From positions 175,743 through 239,742 of the forward strand of contig CAZMKE010000007.1 in assembly GCA_964566945.1 (NCBI GenBank): a stretch of 64,000 nucleotides of DNA, given 5' to 3'. Under the pieces are notes generated by a model. That model had not been told where the DNA came from and made no database searches. It worked only from the letters and a program-made list of their open reading frames with translations. This document shows positions 43,625 to 51,690 of the stretch, in pieces. Position numbers and translations under genes: made by a program. This stretch comes from an uncultured Verrucomicrobiota bacterium (GTDB lineage Bacteria; Verrucomicrobiota; Verrucomicrobiia; Limisphaerales; SXQI01). Position 1 is the first letter of the stretch. Every line of letters starts with the position of its first letter.

Positions 43625-44040
43625 CAGGAGCCTCCGCAACCCCCGCACCCACCCCCACCACCGCAGCCTCCCCCGCCTCCGCCGCTACAGCTGGAAGAAC
43701 TGCAGGATGAACCCGATCCGCCGGACGCCAGATGCTCCGCGCGCAACAGAAACGCAAGACTCCCTGCGATCATCATAAAAAAGAGGATGCCCCATTTCGT
43801 CATGCCGTGGCTCGATCCGACCGTGTAGCGGGCCGCGCCGAGGAGTTCATAAGCCAGCAAACCAGCTCCGGTGACGAAAGGGTTGTCGTGGCCGGCTTTG
43901 CGCAACCCGAGCACGGAAAGAAAAGTCAGGACAAACCAAGCAAGGTAGAGCGCAAGAAAATCGGGGCCGTTCATCGTCTCGAGGAAGCCGAAGGGGTCGA
44001 TCTCCGCGAACAGGCAGGGCGAAGGGAGGGCCAGGTTCAT
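43624..44040 (-). CDS. TIGR04222-like small membrane protein with Cys/Gly/Ser-rich C-terminal tail
   Basis: N-terminus IDPFGFLETMNGPDFLALYLAWFVL plus about 3 TM helices, which matches my recollection of the TIGR04222 domain. The C-terminal 33 aa are SGGSGSSCSSSSCSGGGGGGCGGGGGCGGCGGS. Its ATG at 44040 overlaps the upstream stop (TGATG). Confidence 0.75.
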   Translation of the reverse strand: MNLALPSPCLFAEIDPFGFLETMNGPDFLALYLAWFVLTFLSVLGLRKAGHDNPFVTGAGLLAYELLGAARYTVGSSHGMTKWGILFFMMIAGSLAFLLRAEHLASGGSGSSCSSSSCSGGGGGGCGGGGGCGGCGGS

Positions 44041-44792
44041 CACTCAGCCTGCCAATGGGTTTCGATCCAGGCGACCCCGCGATCGAGCAGCTGAAAGAGC
44101 CGGCTGTGCAGGTCGGTTGTCTCCGCGTCCGACCAGGCGCCCGGAGTTCGCTGGAGGTCCAGCAAAGCGCGGAGGGTTTCTCCTTCCAGGCCCAATTCCC
44201 GTTCGAGAATCGGAATGCGCTCTTCAAAGGGCGTGGGCAGGGAGATCTGCTGCAGGCGGAGGACTTCGGAGAGGTTGACAAACAGGCCGGGAAGATTGCG
44301 AAGAACGAACCGCTGATAGCCCGGGTTGCGGCCGCGAGTGACAAACGCGTGAACGAGTCGAAGCCGGAGGTTGCGAATCGCCTGTTCACACAGAAACCGA
44401 TCCACTTTCGGGTCGACGTGAAAATTCACAAAGGGGTCCGCCCCGAGGAGAACGCGATAGTTGCGCCGGATGCTGGCGAACTTGGTCGCGAAAGCGCGGG
44501 CGCTCCGCTCGAAACCCGGCCAGCCAAGAATGAAAGGTTCGATCGTGGGGGCGGATTCCAGGATGGAGGCGATCTGGTGGTGTGATTCCGGAGTCGAGCG
44601 ATCAAGAACGAGCAGAAGATTGAGATCTGAAAATCCCTCGACCAGATTTCCCCGGACCGCGCTGCCATAGAGGCAGCAGGAATAGAGGTTTTTCCCCAAG
44701 CGCTCACCCAGCGCATGGACGGTTTCATCCAGCATTTTTTGGAATCTGGGGCTCACTGGGTAGACGATTTGGGAGGAAATGAGGGGCGTCAA
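44040..44792 (-). CDS. Nucleotidyltransferase-domain protein (Pol-beta-like NTase plus helical C-terminal domain)
   Basis: LYSCCLYGSAVRGNLVEGFSDLNLLLVL fits the GS-x9-12-D.D minimal NTase motif. The helical C-terminal half of about 130 aa gives a kanamycin-NTase-like layout. Confidence 0.7.
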   Translation of the reverse strand: MTPLISSQIVYPVSPRFQKMLDETVHALGERLGKNLYSCCLYGSAVRGNLVEGFSDLNLLLVLDRSTPESHHQIASILESAPTIEPFILGWPGFERSARAFATKFASIRRNYRVLLGADPFVNFHVDPKVDRFLCEQAIRNLRLRLVHAFVTRGRNPGYQRFVLRNLPGLFVNLSEVLRLQQISLPTPFEERIPILERELGLEGETLRALLDLQRTPGAWSDAETTDLHSRLFQLLDRGVAWIETHWQAE

Positions 44793-44843
44793 GACTTCTT
44801 ATGACCCGTTGACAGCCTCTGGCGCGGTCCTAGTCTGAGGCAT

Positions 44844-45500
44844 GTGATCAAGGTAACGTTTTTTACGGAGGTGACCTCTTCCTGGTGTTATTGGGCGGAA
44901 CCGGCGTGGGCGGAGATCAAGGCCCGCTACGCCGATCGGGCGGAGTTTCATTGGAAGATTGCGTTGCTGGACGCGAAATCTCTCCCTGCATCGGCCGAAC
45001 AGCTGGCCTGGTTTTATCGCCGGAGCGGAACGCTGGTGCGCTCGCCCTTTATGCTCAACACCGGGTGGTACGAGCCGGGAGTGACGGAATACCTGGCCGC
45101 CAACGTCGTCGCCGAAGCCGCGAAGGACCTGGGGGTGACAGATGACAAAGTGCGTCTCGCCATCAGCGATGCCGCTTTGCGGGAGGGCAAGAAGGTGACG
45201 CACTGGGATGCGGTCGTGGCGATTGCGGCAGAAGCGGCCGCCTTGAAGCGAGCCACTTTGAAAGCCTTGGCGCAACGGCCGGAAATTGAAAAGCGGGTGC
45301 GGGCTTCGACGGCGGAATTCCATGCGTTGCAAGTCAGCCAGCGGCCGACGTTTGTGATCGAAAACGGGATTGGGGATAAAGCAGTATTGTCCGGGACCTG
45401 GGTAGCGGCTCCCCTCGCCAGTGTGATCGAGTCGATGATCGCTGATGAGGCCGCTTATGCCTCTTGGAAGTCTCACGCTGGCGAGCCGCCGCGGCAATAA
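44844..45500 (+). CDS. DsbA-family thioredoxin-fold protein (FrnE/HCCA-isomerase-like)
   Basis: IKVTFFTEVTSSWCYWAEPAW is an N-terminal beta-alpha unit with a single-Cys SxxC-type site at the CxxC position. GTG start. It is divergent from the NTase operon across a 51-bp spacer. Confidence 0.65.
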   Translation: MIKVTFFTEVTSSWCYWAEPAWAEIKARYADRAEFHWKIALLDAKSLPASAEQLAWFYRRSGTLVRSPFMLNTGWYEPGVTEYLAANVVAEAAKDLGVTDDKVRLAISDAALREGKKVTHWDAVVAIAAEAAALKRATLKALAQRPEIEKRVRASTAEFHALQVSQRPTFVIENGIGDKAVLSGTWVAAPLASVIESMIADEAAYASWKSHAGEPPRQ

Positions 45501-45565
45501 CGAGCGATCATGTGGCGTCCCCGTTTTTACTTTACTCTGAGGGAGCGCTCGGAACAGTTTTCAAT

Positions 45566-45907
45566 ATGAATCCGCCGGAGATTAACCCACCGGTCATCGA
45601 ACCACCGCCGCCGCCGCCGTCCGTCCCTTTTCGCTGGGGGCTTTTCCTGGCGGCGATATTTCTGCCGACGCTCTTGACAATTCTGGCGTCGGCGGCCGGA
45701 GGCAAAGACCTCGCGCCCCCTGTCGCTTTTATTGGCGGGGGGCTTTCGGGGATCGTTGGAGGAATCATGGTGGGACGCCGGTTTGGGAATAGCGATACCG
45801 GGAAGATCGGTATGAGCCTGGTTTTCGTGATCGTGTTCAGCGTCGCGTGCGTGACGATGAACTGCTTCGGCTGCCTGGCCGGAGGCTACAAGATGGACTT
45901 CAAATAA
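45566..45907 (+). CDS. Small Pro-rich/TM membrane protein
   Basis: MNPPEINPPVIEPPPPPPSVPF followed by 3 hydrophobic helices. The C-terminal segment is CVTMNCFGCLAGG. Confidence 0.45.
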   Translation: MNPPEINPPVIEPPPPPPSVPFRWGLFLAAIFLPTLLTILASAAGGKDLAPPVAFIGGGLSGIVGGIMVGRRFGNSDTGKIGMSLVFVIVFSVACVTMNCFGCLAGGYKMDFK

Positions 45908-45928
45908 CATGACGGGCCTGGATCCAGA

Positions 45929-47332
45929 GTGAGCAGCCTTTTTGATCTGCGAGGCGCCGCGGCAGCGCCGGATTCACGCCGAAAGGATTCGGCGGAAGCG
46001 CCTTTATTCATCGACACGCTGCTCAAGCGCACGACCTCGCGCTGCCCGGTTTGCCATGCGGCTTGTCCGGCGGAGGTTTGGAAGACCGGGGGCATTCCGG
46101 CGAAAGTCCTGCTGCGCCGCACTTGCCGCGAGCACGGCGTGCAGGAGGCGTGCATCGCTTCAGACGCCCGGTTTTATTGGCTCTCGCGGGGCCGGGACGA
46201 AAACGCCTGCTCCGCGCAGGGTTCCTGTTGTTCTGCTGAGGGCTCGAACGCGGGGACGCTGGGGCGGAACGCTGATCCAGGGGAGGCATTGGGAATTCAG
46301 GAGAAGCTCTCGACTTGCCTGGCGCTAATAGAGATCGTCCGTTCCTGCAATCTGGCCTGCCCCACGTGCTACGCGGATTCACCCCGGCGAGCCGAGGTGG
46401 ATGCGGCGCCGCTGGAGGGTCTGAAAAGCCGCATTCAGGGAGTGATTGATCGCAAAGGCAAAATCGAGATTCTCCAGCTCTCTGGGGGCGAGCCAACGTT
46501 GCATCCGGAATTTTTTGATCTGTTGCGCTGGCTGCATGGCAACCCCGGCGTCGATTACGTTTTGCTGAACACCAATGGCGTGCGGATCGCTCAGGATGCA
46601 GCGTTCGCGGACGAACTCGCGCGGACCTTTCGCTACGGCAAATTCCAGCTTTATCTCCAGTTTGACGGGCCGCAGGAGGCGGAGCAACACGCGCTGCGTG
46701 GGGCGGACCTGAGAGCGCTCCGCGTTCGCTGCCTGGAGCGCTGCCGGCAGATCAAGCTCCCGGTGACACTGGCGATGACGGTGACAGCGGGCAACCTCGA
46801 TTTTGTCTGGCAGACGATCGAGTTCGGGCTTGGCTGGCCGAATGTGCGCGGCGCGGCGTTTCAGCCCGCTTTTGGGAGCGGACGAACTTCCGGGGGCGCG
46901 AATCGGCGGCTGAACACCGCGGATGTTCTGCTCGCCGCGGTGCAACAATCGGGCGGGGCCTTGCGCTGCGAGGATTTTACGCCCCTGCCGTGCGGCGACC
47001 CGAATTGCGCGGTGATCGGTTATCTCCTGAAGGTCGGCGGGCAGGTGCGGTCCGTCAGCGACTTTATCGACTTCCGCAACGTGCAGGGATTTCTTGGAAC
47101 AAAAGTGCGGTACCAGCTGGAAGATTTGCTCCGATGCGGCTGCGAATCCGAGCCGTTGGGCCGGTTGCTGAAGAAGTTTGAATTGGATGAGTCACACACC
47201 TTCCGTCTGTTCATCAAGCCGTTCATGGACGCGTGGAGCTGGGATGATGATCGAATCGACCGCTGCTGCACGCACGTGATTCGCCCAGACGGAAGGCTGG
47301 ACTCGTTCTGCCGTTACTATTCCGGGTTCTGA
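45929..47332 (+). CDS. Radical SAM enzyme with N-terminal zinc-ribbon (MJ0619/Tes-like architecture)
   Basis: N-terminal CPVCHAACPAEV...LRRTCREHG. Radical SAM core VRSCNLACPTCYA. Also LQLSGGEPTLHPE and YLQFDG. The C-terminal FMDAWSWDDDRIDRCCTHVIRPDGRLDSFCRYY completes the architecture. Confidence 0.8.
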   Translation: MSSLFDLRGAAAAPDSRRKDSAEAPLFIDTLLKRTTSRCPVCHAACPAEVWKTGGIPAKVLLRRTCREHGVQEACIASDARFYWLSRGRDENACSAQGSCCSAEGSNAGTLGRNADPGEALGIQEKLSTCLALIEIVRSCNLACPTCYADSPRRAEVDAAPLEGLKSRIQGVIDRKGKIEILQLSGGEPTLHPEFFDLLRWLHGNPGVDYVLLNTNGVRIAQDAAFADELARTFRYGKFQLYLQFDGPQEAEQHALRGADLRALRVRCLERCRQIKLPVTLAMTVTAGNLDFVWQTIEFGLGWPNVRGAAFQPAFGSGRTSGGANRRLNTADVLLAAVQQSGGALRCEDFTPLPCGDPNCAVIGYLLKVGGQVRSVSDFIDFRNVQGFLGTKVRYQLEDLLRCGCESEPLGRLLKKFELDESHTFRLFIKPFMDAWSWDDDRIDRCCTHVIRPDGRLDSFCRYYSGF

Positions 47333-47349
47333 CCGGCGCGGAATTGCGC

Positions 47350-48483
47350 TTAACCACGCATTTGATCCGGGTCGAGACCCACCGTCCGGCACCAATCTCC
47401 GTACGCAAATGGGGAAATCTCCGACGGCTTGATTTCGCTGCGGCCGCCCCAAAAGACGTTGGTGTAAGAGAATCCGATGCCGCATTTCTGCAGGTGATCA
47501 TCAATGGCGGCCTTGTGCGCGAGCACCAGGTCTTTGTCGGTTCCGTGGGCCACAGCCATGATGTTCACATTGCGGAATTCTGGTCCGCCCTCCCGCCAGT
47601 AGGCATGCGTAAGGATGTGATGGCGGCCAACCTCGCAACCGGCTTCCAGTTCGCGGCCGGGGGGAACCGCCCAATGAAAGAGGGCGTTGAATCGTGTGAC
47701 TCGCTCGCCATCGGCCAATGGCTTGACGTGCTCGAGGAAGGTCGAAAAGCGGCCAACCACCTTGCGTTGGTTCAAATCCTCGGCCACTTCAAAGAAGGTT
47801 TGCAGGGGCACGTTCGCTTCGGCGGCCCGGGCGGCCCAAATGCCGGGCGTCAGTTCGGCGGGCTCAAATTCCCGTTTGATGGCCATCAGAACGCGCCACT
47901 CGAGTTCGTTCAGGGAAACTACGTTCACGTCCATGGCTTCGGCCGGTCCGTCCGACTTGCTGCCCGGCTCCATGCCGCGGCGGCGGACGTGCCCGACCCC
48001 GAGAACGAACAGGCGCTTGGCGGGCATGATCCGGAAATGGTCCGCGCCCACGCGCTTCCGTAGAAACTCGCAATGCTTCTGCATCGAGAATCCCTGCGGG
48101 ACTTTGAGAGTTGTCCAAAGTTTGTAGCTGGCTCCGGGCGACGCGGGGTCGGCCGAGCGAATGACGACGTGTCCGGAAAAGGGATCCTGCTGAAACAGAA
48201 AGTCGAAGGCGGCATCAAGTCTATCCGTGGGAACCTGCCAGGCCACGAGAGCGCCTGGGGAGAGGTTGGTGGCCATGAGCGTCTGACGCACCCGCCGGAT
48301 CGCGCCGGCGCGCAGCATGGCTTGAATCCGTTCGATCACCGTTTCGAGAGGGACGCCGGACCGGAGGGAAATCTCACCGAGGGGATCTCGTTGGAACCCC
48401 TGCACTTTATCCTCGGAAATCGCCAGAATCCGGGCATTCACCGGATCGGTAATGGCGGTCGGAATTGCTGCGCTCACGCTCAT
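47350..48483 (-). CDS. Fused double Lrp/AsnC-like protein, siroheme decarboxylase (AhbA/AhbB, NirDL)-like
   Basis: Two tandem modules. The first contains GAIRRVRQTLMATNLSPGALVAWQVP...FSGHVVIR...YKLWTTLKV, which parallels the NirD/L pattern G.IRR...VAW.VP...VSH.Y.R...NLF.MVH. Start at ATG 48483. Confidence 0.55.
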   Translation of the reverse strand: MSVSAAIPTAITDPVNARILAISEDKVQGFQRDPLGEISLRSGVPLETVIERIQAMLRAGAIRRVRQTLMATNLSPGALVAWQVPTDRLDAAFDFLFQQDPFSGHVVIRSADPASPGASYKLWTTLKVPQGFSMQKHCEFLRKRVGADHFRIMPAKRLFVLGVGHVRRRGMEPGSKSDGPAEAMDVNVVSLNELEWRVLMAIKREFEPAELTPGIWAARAAEANVPLQTFFEVAEDLNQRKVVGRFSTFLEHVKPLADGERVTRFNALFHWAVPPGRELEAGCEVGRHHILTHAYWREGGPEFRNVNIMAVAHGTDKDLVLAHKAAIDDHLQKCGIGFSYTNVFWGGRSEIKPSEISPFAYGDWCRTVGLDPDQMRG

Positions 48484-48631
48484 TGAAGGGCCGAATATAG
48501 CCGCAGGCCGGGGGAATGCGTAATGAAATCGATTCTGCGCCGATCCTGCTGGACGGGTGGTTGGCCGCACGTGGTTGCTTTCCCGGTTTGATTTGGCGGC
48601 TGTTTTTTTGCTATACCACCGCCTGCAAATT

Positions 48632-50467
48632 ATGAACCCGCCTTTTGCCTATTTTCGGCAGGCCCTTTTTGGGCTGTTTCTCCTTTGGTCTGCCGCGTTT
48701 CCGGGCTGCTCCGCCGCGGCGAATCTGGTCCTGTGGGACACTTGGACGCCCATCACGGATGCAGGTCGCTTAAACAAAGAGGAATGGCGCGTTGTCCCAA
48801 CGGACCTGTTCAAGCTGGAGGCGGATCCGCTGAAGTCGAGCTCGGACCCGGGGTATTATGGCCGGGAGTATTCTTTCAAGGGGGATTTGGCGGTCGAGAA
48901 TCGGAATTACACCGTGATTTTTGCCGGGGCGCAGGGGAAGTTGCTTTTGTACGCCAAGACTGCGGGCGCCTCTGTGTCCGGCGACTCGCCGCTCGGAGAA
49001 AAAATCGGGGAGTTGGCCCCGCTTTCAGCGCGGGGACCGATTCGTCAATTCAGCCTCTGGCGCAATTCCGGGGATGAGATCGCCGGGGAGGCCTACTTCA
49101 GCAATCGAGAGGGTGTCGTCCAGCCGCTGCGATTTGTTTTTGGAAAGAACGAGATCATCGAGTTCAAGCCGCATGAAACGTTGGGTGGATTGAGCGTGCG
49201 GGCGGCGCTGGATTTTGCGGTGGTTCCAAGTTTTGTCGGGGACGATCTGATTTTTGGCGCGATGGAAGGATTGGAGGCCGATACCCTGACCCTGCCGGCG
49301 GAGAACATGCTGATGGCGCTGCTGCGGGGCGGGAATCAGCAGTTGGTGCTGACCTGGCCGCGAGAGAAGGAGACCCCGAAGCTGAAGCTGGCGGACGAGA
49401 AGGAAGGCAAGCGAGCGCTGGCGGCGATTGAAGTTGAGACGCGTGGGCAGTCTCTGTTTATCGCGCCCCAATCCGCGCCTGGGATCTGGCATCGGGAAGC
49501 GTTGAGCGCCGCGTATTTGGAGAAGGCGGTCGCCAGTTCCTGGAAACGTCCATTTCCGGCGCGATGGCAGACCCAGTTGATGGAGGCGGGTGTGAGGACG
49601 CGCTTCGGCTTTCACGATGGCCCGGGAACGGTGTGGCGCGGGGTGCCCGGCAGCTACAACTATCCAGTCTGGTTTGAGGGCGAGACGGCGTTTTACCACT
49701 TGAGCAAGAAGGTCCCGCCGAAGGGAGAATCCATCATTTACTTTGTGGAGGGGCAGGAAACGCCTGCGACCGTCTTGACGCCGGCTGATATTCTCAAGGC
49801 CACCTTGGGACGGGCTGAAACCGAGGAACTAGTCGATCTTTCAGGCCGGAAATTGCGCACCCATCACCGCCGGGGCGGGGCGGGCGTCAGGCGCGCCTGC
49901 ACCTGCGGCTGCACGGAGGCAATCCAGGCCATTTTTGAGGCCGGTGAAGAAACCGCGCGCAAAGAAGAGATCCGCGAAGCGATTGGCGACATGATCTATT
50001 TCGTGCAGGCCCACGTTCAGCGGATCGACGAGTATCGCCGTTTCGCCGGTGACATCGCGCAGTATTTGCAGGCGCGGGCGGCGGCCGCCCCAGAATTGAA
50101 GCCCTGCCTGGCGGAGGCGCAGCAGATCGCGGAGCAGATCCCGCAGGAATATGAGGTGCAGAAAGAGAATATGAAATCGCTCGCTTACGCGGATGAATTG
50201 TCCGCGCGCACCCTGCAGTTGGCCGAAAAGAAGGAAACGACCAACCTGGCCGCTTATATGGAATTGCTCAAAGCCTGGCGCGGGATGGGCGGTTCCCAGG
50301 ATTACGTAGTCGCGCAATGCCATGCTCTTACGCGCAAGCTCTTTCAAGAAGCCAGCTACGGGTGTGTTACTCAGGCGAAAGCTCTGGAAGTTGCCCTCGA
50401 AGTGAGAAGGCGGTGCCGGGCAATTCTGCGAAATGCGGATGGCTATGAGATTTGGCCGAACTATTAA
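48632..50467 (+). CDS. Secreted hypothetical protein (611 aa)
   Basis: Signal peptide LFGLFLLWSAAFPGCSAAA and a long uninterrupted ORF. I recognise no family. Contains a RRACTCGCTEA Cys cluster. Confidence 0.6.
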   Translation: MNPPFAYFRQALFGLFLLWSAAFPGCSAAANLVLWDTWTPITDAGRLNKEEWRVVPTDLFKLEADPLKSSSDPGYYGREYSFKGDLAVENRNYTVIFAGAQGKLLLYAKTAGASVSGDSPLGEKIGELAPLSARGPIRQFSLWRNSGDEIAGEAYFSNREGVVQPLRFVFGKNEIIEFKPHETLGGLSVRAALDFAVVPSFVGDDLIFGAMEGLEADTLTLPAENMLMALLRGGNQQLVLTWPREKETPKLKLADEKEGKRALAAIEVETRGQSLFIAPQSAPGIWHREALSAAYLEKAVASSWKRPFPARWQTQLMEAGVRTRFGFHDGPGTVWRGVPGSYNYPVWFEGETAFYHLSKKVPPKGESIIYFVEGQETPATVLTPADILKATLGRAETEELVDLSGRKLRTHHRRGGAGVRRACTCGCTEAIQAIFEAGEETARKEEIREAIGDMIYFVQAHVQRIDEYRRFAGDIAQYLQARAAAAPELKPCLAEAQQIAEQIPQEYEVQKENMKSLAYADELSARTLQLAEKKETTNLAAYMELLKAWRGMGGSQDYVVAQCHALTRKLFQEASYGCVTQAKALEVALEVRRRCRAILRNADGYEIWPNY

Positions 50468-50489
50468 GATTTTTTGGTTTTTGATTCGA

Positions 50490-51296
<807 letters not shown>

Positions 51297-51387
51297 GCCG
51301 GACGGCCGGGGGCGGGGTGAGTGATTATAAGGGCCATTTGGCTTTGTAATCGTTTTTTTGCCCAAAGAGAGGCATGCTGCGACTGTT

Positions 51388-51636
51388 ATGAACACAGGAC
51401 CTTTGGCGGCATGGCGGGCTTTAAAATTTCTGGTCGTCGGGCCGTTGGTATTGTGCGTTCTCTGCGTTATCAACTACCTGACCTCCCCCGGGCACTGGTG
51501 GGTGAAATGGGCGGCTCTGGGGATAGGCCTGGCCTGGCTGATCAATTTCTTCCGCGTTGTTCGGGCGCTGGTGGTTGTAGGCGGCCTGGCGGCGCTGGTT
51601 GCCTGGCTGAGCCGGCGTCAGGCCGGGCGAAACTAA
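51388..51636 (+). CDS. 2TM-domain small membrane protein
   Basis: 82 aa with two hydrophobic helices. HWWVKWAALGIGLAWLINFF resembles the 2TM family signature. Confidence 0.5.
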   Translation: MNTGPLAAWRALKFLVVGPLVLCVLCVINYLTSPGHWWVKWAALGIGLAWLINFFRVVRALVVVGGLAALVAWLSRRQAGRN

Positions 51637-51662
51637 AAAGCGGCAGACGATGCGTCTGCCGC
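51635..51662 (-). terminator. Rho-independent terminator between convergent genes
   Basis: GCGGCAGACG (51640-51649) pairs with CGTCTGCCGC (51653-51662). The A5 run at 51635-51639 gives a U-tract on the minus strand, downstream of the 51691 stop. Confidence 0.6.
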
Positions 51663-51690
51663 CGGGTTGAAACTTTGGCTGGAGTGTGGA

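Noticed and set aside
43627-43700. GC-rich quasi-repetitive DNA (ccgc/cccc units) that might look like a short tandem repeat or CRISPR-like element.
   Set aside because: There is no spacer/repeat periodicity. It is in frame as the Gly/Cys/Ser codons of the 43624-44040 CDS.
42836-43828. 330-aa plus-strand ORF containing a striking PPQPPHPPPPPQPPPPPP proline tract.
   Set aside because: It is the reverse-complement reading of the Gly/Cys tail and of the DUF692 gene. The minus-strand genes carry clear family motifs and coupled start/stop overlaps.
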